A DNA stretch of 64,000 nucleotides from Candidatus Eiseniibacteriota bacterium (lineage in GTDB: Bacteria; Eisenbacteria; RBG-16-71-46; JABDJR01), in contig CAWANH010000029.1 in NCBI GenBank assembly GCA_963783375.1, positions 868,981 through 932,980 of the forward strand, written 5' to 3'. The translations under genes and the position numbers were made by a program. Under the pieces are notes generated by a model. The model was not told where the DNA came from, searched no databases, and saw nothing but the letters and a program-made list of their open reading frames with translations. Shown here one piece after another: positions 46,115 to 57,198 of this stretch (position 1 is its first letter; each line of letters starts with the position of its first letter).

Positions 46115-47269
46115 CTACTCCAGCCAGGAGGTGGGATAAGCGGGATCGTCCACCGCCATCACCGCCTTGGACACGGTGAGGGGGCGGAAGGTGTCCATCA
46201 TCACCGCGATCTCGTTGGTCTCCTTGGCCCCGATCGAGGCCTCGGCCTTTCCGGGCTGGGGACCGTGGGGCAACCCGTCGGGGTGGTACGTTGCCGAGGC
46301 GAACTCCATCCCCTTCCGGCTCATGAACTCCCCTCCCGCGTAGAACAGGACCTCCTCGCTCTGCACGTTGGAGTGGTTGTAGGGGGCGGGAACGGCATCG
46401 GGGTCGAAATCGAAGGGCCGGGGGACGAAGGAACACACCACGAACCCGGTGCCCTCGAAGGTCTGATGGACCGGGGGCGGCTGGTGGATCCGGCCCACGA
46501 TCGGCTCGAAGTCGCGGATGTTGAAGGCGAAGGGAAAATAGGTGCCGTCCCACCCCACCACGTCGAAGGGATGGGCACGCACCACGTGGCGGGTCACCGT
46601 ATCCCGTTGCTTGGTGAGGATGGAGTACTCCCCGGTCTCGTCCACGGTGCGGAGCCGGCCGGGGACCCGGATGTCGCGCTCGGTGAAGGGCGCCCCCTCC
46701 TTCATCTGGCCGTTCTCGTTCCGATAGCGGGCGGGAATCCGGATCGGGGTGGCGGACTCGATCACCAGGAACCGGTGCCCGCCCCCCTCCAGTTCATAGC
46801 GGTGAACGACCCCGCGCGGAACCTGAAGATAGTCCCCCTCGCCGAAGGGGAGGTCTCCGAAGGGGGACTCAAGCACCCCGCGGCCCTCGACCACGTAGAG
46901 GAGTTCGTCCGCCTGGCCGTTCCGGTAGAAGCCGTCGTGGGCGCCGGTGGGCCGGACGAAGAGCAAGGCCACGTCGCGGTTGTAGACCACCGGAGTCCGG
47001 TCCAGGAAAATGTCCCCGCTCGGGGGGAGTTGGCCGAGGCGGAAGTGGTAGGGGCGGAGTGCGCGCTCCGCCGCCGGTTCCCAGCGAAGGTCCTTCACGA
47101 CCTCGTAACGCAGGAGCTGGGTGGGCCGGTGGATGCGGTAGAGGAGGGACGAGGCCCCGGCGAAGCCCTTGTTTCCCATCAACTCCTCGTAGTAGATCCC
47201 CTCCCCGGGCTTCCGAAACGCGGTGTGGCGCTTGGGAGGGATCGTTCCCCGCTGCTGGTAGATGGGCAT
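46115..47269 (-). CDS. hmgA: homogentisate 1,2-dioxygenase
   Basis: Start at 47269 gives [32 protein letters not shown]... (384 aa) with the cupin His/Glu region (FLVIESATPIRIP). It overlaps the hppD stop by 1 nt (TAATG). Confidence 0.92.
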   Translation of the reverse strand: MPIYQQRGTIPPKRHTAFRKPGEGIYYEELMGNKGFAGASSLLYRIHRPTQLLRYEVVKDLRWEPAAERALRPYHFRLGQLPPSGDIFLDRTPVVYNRDVALLFVRPTGAHDGFYRNGQADELLYVVEGRGVLESPFGDLPFGEGDYLQVPRGVVHRYELEGGGHRFLVIESATPIRIPARYRNENGQMKEGAPFTERDIRVPGRLRTVDETGEYSILTKQRDTVTRHVVRAHPFDVVGWDGTYFPFAFNIRDFEPIVGRIHQPPPVHQTFEGTGFVVCSFVPRPFDFDPDAVPAPYNHSNVQSEEVLFYAGGEFMSRKGMEFASATYHPDGLPHGPQPGKAEASIGAKETNEIAVMMDTFRPLTVSKAVMAVDDPAYPTSWLE

Positions 47270-48363
47270 TACAGGTTTCCCCGGCGGGCCTGCTCCCGTT
47301 CGATAGCCTCGAACAGCGCCTTGAAATTCCCCTTCCCGAACCCCTGACAACCCCGGCGCTGGATGATCTCGTAGAACAGGGTGGGCCGGTCCTCCACCGG
47401 CTTGGAAAAGAGCTGGAGAAGGTACCCCTCGTCGTCCCGGTCGATCAGGATGCCCAAATCCTGGACCGCCTTCCGCGACTCCTTGATCTCCCCCACCCGA
47501 TCCCAGATCAGTCGGTAGTAGCTGTCGGGGACGGTGAGGAACTCCACCCCCCGCTCACGGAGCCGGGACACGGTTTGGATGATATCTCCGGTCAGAAGCG
47601 CCACGTGCTGCACCCCGGGTCCCAGGTAGAAATCGAGGTACTCATCGATCTGGCTCTTCTTCCGGCCGGGGGCGGGCTCGTTCAAAGGGAACTTGATCCG
47701 CCCGCTCCCGTTCGACATCACCTTGGACATGAGCGCCGAGTACTCGGTCGAGATGTCCTTGTCGTCGAAGCTCATGAACCGGCGGAAGCCGAAGACCTCC
47801 TCGTAGTAGCCGGCCCAGACGTCCATCTTCCCCAGCTCCACGTTCCCCACCATGTGATCGATGGCCAGGAGCCCCACGTCGGCGCTCGGAACCTCGTCGG
47901 CCGCGTATCCGGGGAGAAACGGCCCGTCGTAGTCGTTCAATTGGATGAGGCTGTGGATGGTGTCGCCGTAGGTGGCGATCCCCGCCCGCTCGACCGAGCC
48001 GTGCTCGTCGCTGTCGGTGCGCGGTTTGTAGTCGGCCTTCCCTCCCCGAGCCACCGAGGCGCGGAAGCTCTGCCCCACGTCCTCCACCTCGAAGGCGATG
48101 TCCTTCACCCCGTCCCCGTGAAGCTTCAGGTGTTCCACCATCGGCCCCTCGGGCTGGAGCGGCGTGGTGAAGACGAAGACGATCTTCCCCTGGCGGAGCG
48201 CGTAGGAGGCGCGGTCCCGGACTCCGGTCTCGGGACCCGCGTAGGCGAAGCGGCTGAATCCGAAGGCGTTCCGGTAGTAGTACTCGGCCTGTTTGGCGTT
48301 TCCCACCCAGAACTCCACGTGATGAATCGACTTGAGAGGCAGTTCGTCGTCATGCTTGGGCAT
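47269..48363 (-). CDS. hppD: 4-hydroxyphenylpyruvate dioxygenase
   Basis: Start at 48363 gives [36 protein letters not shown]... (364 aa). The VOC-fold repeats and C-terminal [21 protein letters not shown] match HppD. Track ORF 47269..51732 fuses it to metH antisense. Confidence 0.92.
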   Translation of the reverse strand: MPKHDDELPLKSIHHVEFWVGNAKQAEYYYRNAFGFSRFAYAGPETGVRDRASYALRQGKIVFVFTTPLQPEGPMVEHLKLHGDGVKDIAFEVEDVGQSFRASVARGGKADYKPRTDSDEHGSVERAGIATYGDTIHSLIQLNDYDGPFLPGYAADEVPSADVGLLAIDHMVGNVELGKMDVWAGYYEEVFGFRRFMSFDDKDISTEYSALMSKVMSNGSGRIKFPLNEPAPGRKKSQIDEYLDFYLGPGVQHVALLTGDIIQTVSRLRERGVEFLTVPDSYYRLIWDRVGEIKESRKAVQDLGILIDRDDEGYLLQLFSKPVEDRPTLFYEIIQRRGCQGFGKGNFKALFEAIEREQARRGNL

Positions 48364-48404
48364 GGGTCGCGATTCCTTTTCTGTAGACGTCCCGGACCCG
48401 CCGG

Positions 48405-51400
48405 TCAGACCTCGGCCATCGCCTCGCGCACCGAAAAGTACCGGGCGTCGGGATGGTGGAGGACGAGGGCGGAGACCGAAGCCTCGGGCTCCATCATGTA
48501 CCCGTCGGTGAGTTCGACCCCGATCCTTCGCTGGGGCTCGAGGAGACGCCAGAGCGCCGCCTGGTCCTCGAGGTCGGGGCAGGCCGGATAGCCGAAGGAG
48601 ACCCGAAGGCCGCGGTAACGGGCCTGAAAAATGTCCTTGGGGGAAAGCTCCGGCGGATCCGGGAAGCCCCACATCGCGCGGATCTTCCGGTGGAGGAACT
48701 CCGCGAACCCTTCCGCGCTCTCGATGGCCAGGGCCTGGAGCGCGTAGGATTTCAGGTACTCCCCCGCCTCCTTCCAGGCCTCGGCGCGGTCCCTCACCCC
48801 GCTCCCGCAGGTCACCACGAAAGCGGCGAGATAGTCGGTGCGCCCGGAGGACTTCGGCGCGAACCAGTCGGCCAGGCACAGACGATCCCGGTCGCTCTGG
48901 CGGGGGAAATCGAAGCGGGCGATCTCGGGACCGCCGGGACGCTCGACCAGGACCACGCTGTCCCCGTCCGCCTGCGCCGCGTAGAACCGGTAGACCGCCC
49001 GGGGGGTCATGAGCCCGAGGCTCAGCACCTCGTCCTTGAGCGCCTCCACCGCCTCCTCGAGCTTGGCCGTCTTGACGTCGCCCTGCTCGCGGAGCCGCTC
49101 GATCGACCCTCGGAGCCCCAGGTGCTTCACGTAGAGCATCTGGGGGTTCACGAAGGGGAAGATCTCCTCGAGCCCGACGTTCTCCACCACGTGGAGCTTC
49201 AGGTCCGGCGGCTCGGGGATCTCCACCTCGCGCCACCCCGCCACCGGCGCCGCCGGGGCGGTCGCGCTTTCCGGAACCGCCACCGGAGCGGCCTCGCGCC
49301 GACCCGCCCGCTCGGCGAAGAGCGCGTCCCGGCGGGACGGGTCCACCAACCGTTGGGCCACGCCGAGCCCGTCCATGGCGTCCCGGCAGTAGATCACCGG
49401 CCCCGGGTACCCGGCGGCGATCCGGGTCTCGGTGAACTTCCGGGTGAGCGCCGCCCCCCCCACGAGAATCGGGGCGGACACGCCGGCCTCGGCCAGATCC
49501 TGGGCGGTCACCACCATCTGTTGGGCGGACTTCACCAGGAGCCCGGAGAGGCCGATCATGTCCGGCCGGTGCTTCTTGGCCGCATCGATCAGGTCCTGGG
49601 GCGGGACCTTGATGCCCAGATTCACCACCTCGAATCCGTTGTTGGCGAGCACGATCTCCACCAGGTTCTTCCCGATGTCGTGCACGTCGCCCTTCACCGT
49701 GGCCAGCATCACCTTGCCCCGGCTCCGGCTGTCCGCCTTCTCCATGTAGGGCTCGAGGTGCGACACCGCCGCCTTCATGGCTTCGGCGCTCTGGAGCACT
49801 TCGGCCACGATGAGCTCGTTCCGGTTGAAGAGGCGCCCCACCTCGTCCATCCCCTTCATGAGCGGACCGTTGATGATCTGGAGCGGCGGAGTCCCGGCCC
49901 GCGCCCGCTCCAGGTCCTCGATCAGCCCGTCCCGGGATCCCTCGATGATGTAGTCGGCGAGCCGCTCCTCGAGGCTCCGGTTCTCCTTCTTCGGCTTCGT
50001 GCGGGTGGCGGAACGGTTCCGGTAGAACGCGGCGAACGCGGCGATCGGGTCCTCTCCCCGGTCCATGAGCAGGTCCTCGGCCAGGCGCCGCTCCTCCTCG
50101 GGAATGGACGCGTAGCGCTCCAGCTTCTCGCTGTTCACGATGGCCAGATCCAGTCCGGCCTCGATGCAGTGGTGGAGGAAGACCGAGTTCAGGACCTCGC
50201 GTCCCGCAGGGGGAAGGCCGAAGGAGACGTTGGAGATCCCCAGGATGGTCTTCGATCGCGGAAACGCCTCCTTGATGAGGCGGACCCCCTCGATGGTCTC
50301 CACCGCACTCCCCACGTAGGCCCGGTCCCCGGTGGCGCAGGGAAAGACCAGGGGGTCGAAGATCAGGTCCTCCTCGGGAACGCCGTAGTCGCGGGTAAGG
50401 AGTTCGTGGGAGCGCCGGGCGATCTCGAGCTTCCGCGCCCGGGTCACCGCCATCCCCTGCTGGGGATCCTCGTCGATGGTGCCGACCACCAGGGCCGCGC
50501 CGAACTTCCGGGCCAGGGGGACCACGGCCCGGAACCGTTCCTCCCCGTCCTCCAGGTTCACCGAGTTGATGATCGACTTCCCCTGGCAGCGCCGGAGCGA
50601 GCGATCGATCACCGCGGCGTCGGTGCTGTCGATCATGAGGGGGAGTTTCACCTTGCGGGCCACGCGCTCCAGAAACCGGTCCATGTCCGCCGTCTCGTCC
50701 CGGTCGGGGTCGGCCAGGCAGACGTCCAGCACGTGCGCCCCTCCCCGCATCTGCCGGCGTCCGATCTCCGCGGCCTCCTCGAACTGCCCGGCCTGGATCA
50801 GGGACTTGAACTTGCGGCTCCCGATGACGTTGGTGCGCTCTCCCACGATGATCGGGCGGTTTTCTTCCTCGAGGGAGAGAAAGTCGATGCCGGATACCCG
50901 CGAGAAGCGACCGTGGACCGGGGTCCGAGGCGCCTTCCCCGACACGGCGGCGGCGATGGCCCGGATGTACTCCGGCGTGGTGCCGCAGCAGCCTCCCACC
51001 AGGTTCACCCACCCGTGCTCGGCGAAGCGCCCGAGCACCGAGGCCAGCTTCTCCGGGGACTCGTTGTAGCGCCCGTCCTCGTCGGGGAGCCCGGCGTTGG
51101 GAACGCAGGAAACCGCGCACTCGGCGATCGCGGCCAGGGAGCGCACGTGGTCGGTCATGAAGGAGGGGCCGGTGGCGCAGTTGAGCCCGATGGCCAGGAG
51201 GTCCAGGTGCTCCAGGCTGGCATAGAGCGCCTCCACTCCCTGTCCGGCCAGCATGGCGCCCATCGGCTCGATGGTCCCGGAGATCGCCATCGGCACCCGG
51301 CGCCCGACGATCTCCGCGGCCTCGGCAATCCCCAGGGTGGCCGCCTTCACGTTCAGGGTATCCTGGGAGGTCTCCACCATCAGGAAATCGGCTCCCCCCT

Positions 51401-51866
51401 CGATCAGACCCGCCGCCTGCTCGCGGTAGTGGGCAACCATTTCGTCGAAGGTGACCCCCCCGGTGACCGAGATGGTCTTGGTGGTCGGGCCCATGCTGCC
51501 GGCCACGAAACGGGGCTTGTCGGGGGTCGCGAACTCCGCCGCCGCTCGAACGGCGATCTCCGCCGCGGCGCGGTTCAGTTCCCGGGCCCGTTCGGCCAGA
51601 CCGTACTCGGCCAGGACCAGGGGCGTCCCCCCGAAGGTGTCGGTCTCGATGATGTCGGCGCCGGCGGCGAGGAAGCTCCGATGGATGTCGAGGATCGCCC
51701 CGGGATTCACCACGCTCAGGTACTCGTTGCACCCGTCGAACTCCGCCCCCCCGAACGCCTCCGGATCCAGGTCGAGGTTCTGGATGGAGGTCCCCATCGC
51801 CCCGTCCAGGACGAGGATGCGGCGGGTCATGAGGTCCTTGAGCAGGACGATTCGGTCATCGGGCAC
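48405..51866 (-). CDS. metH: methionine synthase, cobalamin-dependent (Hcy-binding, pterin-binding, cap, B12-binding and AdoMet-activation domains)
   Basis: ...[14 protein letters not shown] is the MetH N-terminus, followed by GLNCATGP, the B12 DxHxxG region ([10 protein letters not shown]) and the C-terminal reactivation domain. A GTG start at 51866 (RBS GAGGA 7 nt upstream) makes the N-terminus collinear with E. coli MetH. The ATG alternative is at 51830. Confidence 0.9.
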   Translation of the reverse strand: MPDDRIVLLKDLMTRRILVLDGAMGTSIQNLDLDPEAFGGAEFDGCNEYLSVVNPGAILDIHRSFLAAGADIIETDTFGGTPLVLAEYGLAERARELNRAAAEIAVRAAAEFATPDKPRFVAGSMGPTTKTISVTGGVTFDEMVAHYREQAAGLIEGGADFLMVETSQDTLNVKAATLGIAEAAEIVGRRVPMAISGTIEPMGAMLAGQGVEALYASLEHLDLLAIGLNCATGPSFMTDHVRSLAAIAECAVSCVPNAGLPDEDGRYNESPEKLASVLGRFAEHGWVNLVGGCCGTTPEYIRAIAAAVSGKAPRTPVHGRFSRVSGIDFLSLEEENRPIIVGERTNVIGSRKFKSLIQAGQFEEAAEIGRRQMRGGAHVLDVCLADPDRDETADMDRFLERVARKVKLPLMIDSTDAAVIDRSLRRCQGKSIINSVNLEDGEERFRAVVPLARKFGAALVVGTIDEDPQQGMAVTRARKLEIARRSHELLTRDYGVPEEDLIFDPLVFPCATGDRAYVGSAVETIEGVRLIKEAFPRSKTILGISNVSFGLPPAGREVLNSVFLHHCIEAGLDLAIVNSEKLERYASIPEEERRLAEDLLMDRGEDPIAAFAAFYRNRSATRTKPKKENRSLEERLADYIIEGSRDGLIEDLERARAGTPPLQIINGPLMKGMDEVGRLFNRNELIVAEVLQSAEAMKAAVSHLEPYMEKADSRSRGKVMLATVKGDVHDIGKNLVEIVLANNGFEVVNLGIKVPPQDLIDAAKKHRPDMIGLSGLLVKSAQQMVVTAQDLAEAGVSAPILVGGAALTRKFTETRIAAGYPGPVIYCRDAMDGLGVAQRLVDPSRRDALFAERAGRREAAPVAVPESATAPAAPVAGWREVEIPEPPDLKLHVVENVGLEEIFPFVNPQMLYVKHLGLRGSIERLREQGDVKTAKLEEAVEALKDEVLSLGLMTPRAVYRFYAAQADGDSVVLVERPGGPEIARFDFPRQSDRDRLCLADWFAPKSSGRTDYLAAFVVTCGSGVRDRAEAWKEAGEYLKSYALQALAIESAEGFAEFLHRKIRAMWGFPDPPELSPKDIFQARYRGLRVSFGYPACPDLEDQAALWRLLEPQRRIGVELTDGYMMEPEASVSALVLHHPDARYFSVREAMAEV

Positions 51867-51979
51867 GTCGGTGTCCTCGGGTCGGAGAAGGAAGCGGGCG
51901 GCGGGGCGCGGGCGGGCCCGCCGGCCGGATATACGCCGGCCGCGGAGCGCGCTCGTCGCCCTCCCACGGTCGAACATGC

Positions 51980-51988
51980 ATTGTAGCA
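51980..51988 (-). promoter_or_regulatory. extended -10 promoter TGCTACAAT for metH, with a TCGACC -35-like hexamer 17 nt upstream
   Basis: The minus-strand sequence is TCGACC-N17-TGC-TACAAT. The resulting ~110-nt leader contains the near-palindrome CGGATATACG (51926..51935) related to the sahR upstream element. Confidence 0.35.
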
Positions 51989-52077
51989 AACACGGTTACG
52001 GGGTCGAGGGGCGGGGACGGTCCCTCCCTCCCGGGGACCGGTCCGAGGCCTCGGCGGGCGCGCGCCGGGGCCCTTGG

Positions 52078-52114
52078 GCACGAAGAGAGCCGGGGATCGG
52101 TGCCGATCCCCGGC
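52078..52114 (-). terminator. intrinsic terminator after the RRM-protein gene (13-bp perfect GC stem)
   Basis: GCCGGGGATCGG-TG-CCGATCCCCGGC at 52089..52114 is followed on the minus strand by UCUCUUCG. Confidence 0.5.
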
Positions 52115-52166
52115 TCGTGACGGTCATGACGGTTGCGGGCGGGCGGCCGCCCTTCCCACCGGGCGG

Positions 52167-52433
52167 CTAGGGGCGCCTCCCGCCGGGCTGTTCCCGGGCG
52201 AGGTCCACCCGGATGGCCCGTCCGTCGAGCATCTGTCCGTCCATCTCCTTGGCCGCCGCTTCCGCCGACTCCTCGGAGGTGAAGGTTACGAACCCGAATC
52301 CCCGGGAACGACCGGTGTCCCGGTCCTGAACGACCCGCGCCTCCATGATCTCTCCGAAGGCGGAGAACGCCTCCTGCAGGCTGGTGTCATCCGTCTTCCA
52401 CGCCAAACCACCGATAAAGAGCTTCTTGGCCAT
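52167..52433 (-). CDS. RNA-binding protein, single RRM domain (RNP-2 LFIGGL, RNP-1 RGFGFVTF)
   Basis: Start at 52433 gives [79 protein letters not shown] (88 aa). Confidence 0.85.
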   Translation of the reverse strand: MAKKLFIGGLAWKTDDTSLQEAFSAFGEIMEARVVQDRDTGRSRGFGFVTFTSEESAEAAAKEMDGQMLDGRAIRVDLAREQPGGRRP

Positions 52434-52914
52434 ATCGCGACTCGCACTCCACTTGGTGCGCGCCGTCGGGATCGAGGTTCCCTCGGGACGCGCGTCTACA
52501 GGCATCCGCGGAAACGTGTGGAGAAGGACCGGTAGGAACCGAAGCCGGGTTAGCGCTTGGAGGCCCCGAGGTCTTCTTGCAGCATCGTAAGCGCGGCGAT
52601 CTCGATCCGGCCGCCGGGGCCGGCGTTCCGGCCGAGACGAGACAACCGGAACGATCCTAAACTATGTCGCCCGGTTGCCAGAATCAAGCGAAAAGCTTCT
52701 AACCTGTCTCGATCCAGCAGTTTCCGGACGTACGCCCGCGAGAGACGCCCGACGCGGCGGGCGCGCGGGGATCCGGGGGGCGACCCGGCTCGCCGACACC
52801 CGGTTAACCTTTTTAGTATTAAGTGATTACATCTGTTGTTTCAAGAAACTTCTCTGGACCCGGAACCCGGCCGGTCCGCCCTGTGAACCGGGGCGTGGAG
52901 CTCCGCCGATCGGC

Positions 52915-54171
52915 TCAGGGCTCCGGCGGAAAGAGGTATTCGAGGATGGTGCCCAGACGCGCGGACCACGCCGCCTCGTTGTGGAGCGCGCCGGGATACT
53001 CGGCGTAGACCAGATCCCCGCCCAGGGTCCAACCCCGGGCCATGAGCGCGTCCCGGAGTCGCCGGGCGCCGGCCACGGTCTGCGCCGCGTCCTGGGCGTT
53101 GGCGCCCTCGGCGGTCCCGGTGTCGAGCCAGATGCGGGTGTCGGTCTTGGGGGCGGCGCTCACCCGGCTCACGATGTCCTCGTCCGCCCACCACACCGAC
53201 GGCGACACCACCCCGATCCGCGAGTACACCTCGGGATGGCGGAGCGCGAGGTACATGGAGACCAGACCCCCCAGGGACGAACCGGCCACCCCGGTGTGCC
53301 CGCGATCCGGCAACGTGCGGTAGGCGGCGTCGATCGTCGGCTTCAGCTCCTCCACCAGGAAGCGACCGTAGTTCTCGGCGTCGCCCCCCCGCTGCTGCGC
53401 GTCGACCGCCGGAGTGTACTCGGCGATCCGGTCGGAGGTGTTGTAGACCCCCACCACGATGAGCGGGGCGATCCTGCCCTCGCCGATCAGCCGTTCCGCG
53501 GTCTCGTCCACGTTCCATTCCTGGCCCAGGAACCCGGTGGCGCGGTCGAAGAGATTCTGTCCGTCGTGCATGTAGAGGACCGGATAGCGACGGGAAGGAT
53601 GGTCGTCGTAACCGGGAGGAAGGTAGACCGCCACGTCCCGGGCCGGCTCGAGGAAGCGGCTGGTCACGTTCCGGAGATAGCGAACGTCGCCGGTCACGGT
53701 GTGGGGAACCGCGCCTTCGACCCAGTCCCGCCAGGTGGCCACCTCCACCCGGACGGTATCGTCCGCCACCACGAGGTGCCGGCGGTTGGGCAGCTCGGAG
53801 CCGTCGGCCGCTTTCTCCACCGAATCCCATCCTCCCCGCGTCACCTTGAACTCGAGGGAGGTGCTCTCGGGAAAGGACGCCGTGGCCTCGTAGAGGCGGT
53901 CGCCCACGCGCCGGGCGGCCAGTCCCGTCCCACTCCAGTTTCCGAGGGACCCCTGGTTCCCCGAGATCCAGAGGACGGAGTCTTCGGGGGTCTTCTCGGG
54001 CACGGTGATCCGGAAAACGACGATGGGGTCGCCGGGCGGGCCGGCCTCGGGCGCGGCCGGACTCGAGGCGCTCCCGCTGCATCCCAACGCCATGGCCAAC
54101 CCCCACATCAAGAAGCCCCGTCGGAGCGCAAGGGCCCCGATTCCTCGCCGCCTTGCGTGTGTTCCCGACAC
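52915..54171 (-). CDS. esterase-family lipoprotein (putative esterase/enterochelin-esterase-like fold with an N-terminal Ig/CBM-like domain)
   Basis: The lipobox is LAMALGC|SGS. The C-terminal domain YPVLYMHDGQNLFD...GHTGVAGSSLGGLVSMYLALRHPEVYSRIGVVSPSVWW is a PF00756-type esterase with a GxSxG nucleophile. Confidence 0.75.
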   Translation of the reverse strand: MSGTHARRRGIGALALRRGFLMWGLAMALGCSGSASSPAAPEAGPPGDPIVVFRITVPEKTPEDSVLWISGNQGSLGNWSGTGLAARRVGDRLYEATASFPESTSLEFKVTRGGWDSVEKAADGSELPNRRHLVVADDTVRVEVATWRDWVEGAVPHTVTGDVRYLRNVTSRFLEPARDVAVYLPPGYDDHPSRRYPVLYMHDGQNLFDRATGFLGQEWNVDETAERLIGEGRIAPLIVVGVYNTSDRIAEYTPAVDAQQRGGDAENYGRFLVEELKPTIDAAYRTLPDRGHTGVAGSSLGGLVSMYLALRHPEVYSRIGVVSPSVWWADEDIVSRVSAAPKTDTRIWLDTGTAEGANAQDAAQTVAGARRLRDALMARGWTLGGDLVYAEYPGALHNEAAWSARLGTILEYLFPPEP

Positions 54172-54313
54172 CGATCCTCCCTTCCCGGCCGCGATTCCCG
54201 CTCCGCGGCGAGACCGGAGAGTCTACACCATGGAAAAGCAGTGGACTCGGGGGCGATTTTCCGGTAGCTCTATACGATTGGTAGGTTACCGCCGGGGCCT
54301 TACAGGGGGGGCC

Positions 54314-55339
54314 ATGCTCGATCGTAGGCAGGAAGAGAGCGATGCCGCCCGGCGGGCCTACTGCCGGGACATCCTTCCCCATGTCTCCCGTACCTTTGCT
54401 CTCTCCATCCCGGTCCTGGAGGAACCCCTGCGCTTCCAGGTGGGAATCTCATACCTCCTCTGCCGGATCGTGGATACGGTGGAGGACCGCGACGACCTGG
54501 CTCCGGAGACCCGCCGCGCACTCTTCGAGGAACTGACCCGCCTGGTCCGGGCTCCAGGCGACCAGGCGGCCCGGCGCCGCTTCCAGGAACTCCTCCCTCC
54601 CTACGGGGACGTTCACCACGAGAGCCTCCTCCGTCACGCCGGAGACGTATTCGACTGCTACGCGGCGATCGAACCCGGCGCGCGCCGGGATGTGAGCGAG
54701 TGCTTGGACGAGATGATCGGCGGCATGGCTTCCTACCCCGGCCCCGCGCGGGGGCCGGCTCCGGTGGAGGCCTGCCGGAACCTGGACGAGCTGGAGCGCT
54801 ACTGTCACGTGGTGGCAGGGACGGTGGGCATCCTCCTCTCCCGGTTCTTCGGGCGGGCGTTGGGCGATGCGGGCTGGCTCACTCCGGGGCGCGCCGAGTC
54901 GGGGCGGCGATTCGGGCTCGGACTCCAGCTCACCAACGTCATCAAGGATCACGATCGCGACGGACGGCGCGGGATCACCTACCTTCCCCGGGGGTGGTTC
55001 CAGCAGCTCGACGGCCGCACGCTCCTCCGGCCGGAGGCCGCGCGCCGGGTGATCGTCCGCGCGCTGGAACACATGGACGCCGCCGAGGACTACATCCTCT
55101 CCCTCCCGCCGCGCCGGACGGACATGCGCCGCTTCTGCCTGTATGCCGCCCACCTGGCCCTGGCCACCCTGTACCTGGCCGCGCGACCCGATCCCCCTGG
55201 CGCGCCGGCCAAGGTGAGCCGCGAGGACGTGGCGGTGATCCTGGGACGCGTCGACCGCCACGCCGACGACGACGACGGTCTGCATTCGCTCTACCAGGGC
55301 TATCGCGACGCGGTGGCGGCGGCGGTCGACACGCTCTGA
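54314..55339 (+). CDS. squalene/phytoene synthase family protein (trans-isoprenyl diphosphate synthase, head-to-head)
   Basis: Start at 54314 gives MLDRRQEESDAARRAYCRDILPHVSRTFALSIPVL...YLLCRIVDTVEDRDD (first Asp-rich motif) ...GLQLTNVIKDHDRDGRRG (second motif). The protein is 341 aa. Confidence 0.8.
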   Translation: MLDRRQEESDAARRAYCRDILPHVSRTFALSIPVLEEPLRFQVGISYLLCRIVDTVEDRDDLAPETRRALFEELTRLVRAPGDQAARRRFQELLPPYGDVHHESLLRHAGDVFDCYAAIEPGARRDVSECLDEMIGGMASYPGPARGPAPVEACRNLDELERYCHVVAGTVGILLSRFFGRALGDAGWLTPGRAESGRRFGLGLQLTNVIKDHDRDGRRGITYLPRGWFQQLDGRTLLRPEAARRVIVRALEHMDAAEDYILSLPPRRTDMRRFCLYAAHLALATLYLAARPDPPGAPAKVSREDVAVILGRVDRHADDDDGLHSLYQGYRDAVAAAVDTL

Positions 55340-55515
55340 TTCCGCTCCGGCGCTCCCGTCCGTCCCGGGGCGCAACCCGAACGGCCGCGACGCCCGCGGA
55401 ACGTCCCCGGCTGGCCCGGACCAAGCAGAACCGGGGGCCCCGCTCGGGACCCCCGGTGCAATCGAATCGGAAACGCTCCGCGCTTCCCGGCCGGCTAGCC
55501 GCATCCCCCCGTGCC

Positions 55516-55704
55516 TCAGGTGGGCACGAAACGGGTCGGCGCGCCACCGCCACCGCCCCCGATGTGGGGGGCGCTGACCCTTCGGCTCGCCCCATCGTGG
55601 CCGCAGTCGGGGCAGGCCACGTCGTCCCGGTCGCGCTCGGCGATCAGGAGATTCTCTTCGAACACCCGCCCGCAGGCCGGGCACTGGAAATCGTAGTTCG
55701 GCAT
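55516..55704 (-). CDS. FmdB-family zinc-ribbon protein
   Basis: Start at 55704 gives MPNYDFQCPACGRVFEENLLIAERDRDDVACPDCGHDGASRRV... (62 aa). The CxxC...CxxC and the MPxYxYxC start are typical of the FmdB family. Confidence 0.7.
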   Translation of the reverse strand: MPNYDFQCPACGRVFEENLLIAERDRDDVACPDCGHDGASRRVSAPHIGGGGGGAPTRFVPT

Positions 55705-55857
55705 GATCGCTTCCTCGTTCGCTGCGGCCGCCCACGGCCTCCCATCCCTCTCGGCGCTACACACACCGGGTCCACCGGGTCGGACGCGATTCCCGCCGAT
55801 CGGTCACACCCGAAACGGGGACATCGCCGGGTGGCGATGCCTCGCCTCGGGTTCCGG

Positions 55858-57150
55858 TCAGATCCCCGAGGCCGCGGCGGTCCCGGCCACGAATCCGCTC
55901 GCCCAGGCCCACTGGAAGTTGTACCCCCCGATCCGTCCATCCACATCCAGGATCTCCCCGCAGAGGTGGAGCCCGGGGGCGAGCCGGGACTCCAGGGTCT
56001 CGAGCCGGAGTTCGGCCAGGGGCACGCCGCCGGCCGTCACCTCGGCGAAATTGTAGCCGCGGTGGCCGGTGACCGGGAGCGGATAGTCGATCACCGAGGC
56101 CACCAACGCGCGCCGTTCTTCCCGGGTGAGGGCGTGTCCGGGCCGGCCGGGATCCACCCCCGCGGCCTCGCAGAGGGCGCGGCCCAGGCGTTCGGGGAGC
56201 CGGTCCCCCAGGTATCGCCCCACGGTCCGCGCCCGAAGCCCCCGGAGCGCGGCATCCAGACTCGCGCCGGTCTCCTCGGGAAGCCAGTTCACCGCCAGGT
56301 GGGCACCGGGCTCGGCGGCCACCGCGCTCAGGTAGTAGCGGCTCATGTCCATCACGTTGGGCCCCGAGACACCGAAGTGCGTGCAGAGGATCGATCCGGT
56401 GAGGCGCTCCTGACGCCTTCCGGTGGCGCCTCGAAGCTCGAGGGTGGCTTGGGCGGAAACCCCGGAGAGCGCGCGGAGCGGGTGGCCGTCGGGGAGAGTG
56501 AGCGGCACCAGCCCCGGCAGGATCCGCGGGGTGAGGGTGTGCCCGAGGAACCGCGCCAGCGCGTACCCGTGTCCGTCCGATCCCGAGCGGGGAAGGCTCC
56601 GGCCGCCGGTGGCCAGGATCACGCGCCGGGCGTGGAGGCGCGCGGGGTTCGCCCCCGCACCGGTGTCCGCCCCCTCCGAGGCCTCGGCGCGCGCGAGCAC
56701 GAACCCGTCCTCGGAGCGGCGCACCGACTCGACCCGCCAGGGATTACGAACCTCCACATCGGCTTCCCGGACCGCCCCCAGGAGGGCGTCGAGCACGCTG
56801 CGGGCGCGGTCGCTCACCGGGAAGAGCTTTCCCGTTTCCTCCCGCTTGAGTTCGACCCCGAGTTCGGCAAAGAAGGCCACGGTGCGGGGAACGTCGTAGC
56901 GGAGGAGCACCTTCCGGATCGCCCGGCGCGAGGAACCGGCGAAGGCGGACTCGTCCACGCGATCGTGGGTGACGTTGCAGCGCCCGCCGCCGGACACCAG
57001 GATCTTGGCCCCGAGCTTCTTCGCCCGGTCCAGGACGACGATGCGGAGCGCCCCCGGGCCGCGGGCTCTGCCGGCCTGAACCGCGGCCATGAGACCGGCG
57101 GCTCCCGCCCCCACCACCGCGATGTCCACCCGCTCCTCGGTCGACGACAA
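55858..57150 (-). CDS. NAD(P)/FAD-dependent oxidoreductase, HI0933/YhiN (aminoacetone-oxidase-like) family
   Basis: N-terminal VDIAVVGAGAAGLMAA is a FAD GxGxxG motif. The protein is 430 aa. The C-terminal GEILDVDGRIGGYNFQWAWASG is typical of the HI0933 family. Confidence 0.85.
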   Translation of the reverse strand: MSSTEERVDIAVVGAGAAGLMAAVQAGRARGPGALRIVVLDRAKKLGAKILVSGGGRCNVTHDRVDESAFAGSSRRAIRKVLLRYDVPRTVAFFAELGVELKREETGKLFPVSDRARSVLDALLGAVREADVEVRNPWRVESVRRSEDGFVLARAEASEGADTGAGANPARLHARRVILATGGRSLPRSGSDGHGYALARFLGHTLTPRILPGLVPLTLPDGHPLRALSGVSAQATLELRGATGRRQERLTGSILCTHFGVSGPNVMDMSRYYLSAVAAEPGAHLAVNWLPEETGASLDAALRGLRARTVGRYLGDRLPERLGRALCEAAGVDPGRPGHALTREERRALVASVIDYPLPVTGHRGYNFAEVTAGGVPLAELRLETLESRLAPGLHLCGEILDVDGRIGGYNFQWAWASGFVAGTAAASGI

Positions 57151-57198
57151 CGTCTCGCTCTCCCCTCGCCCGACCCCGTGCGGTCCTCCGGCGGGACG

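Noticed and set aside
47269-51732. 1487-aa track ORF suggesting a giant protein
   Set aside because: Only its C-terminal 364 aa (hppD) are real. The remainder is the out-of-frame antisense of metH.
51864-52090. Cobalamin or SAH riboswitch upstream of metH, and SAH riboswitch upstream of ahcY
   Set aside because: No conserved B12-box or SAH-riboswitch pseudoknot elements were recognisable by eye. A protein regulator (SahR) is encoded instead. A definitive check would need Infernal.
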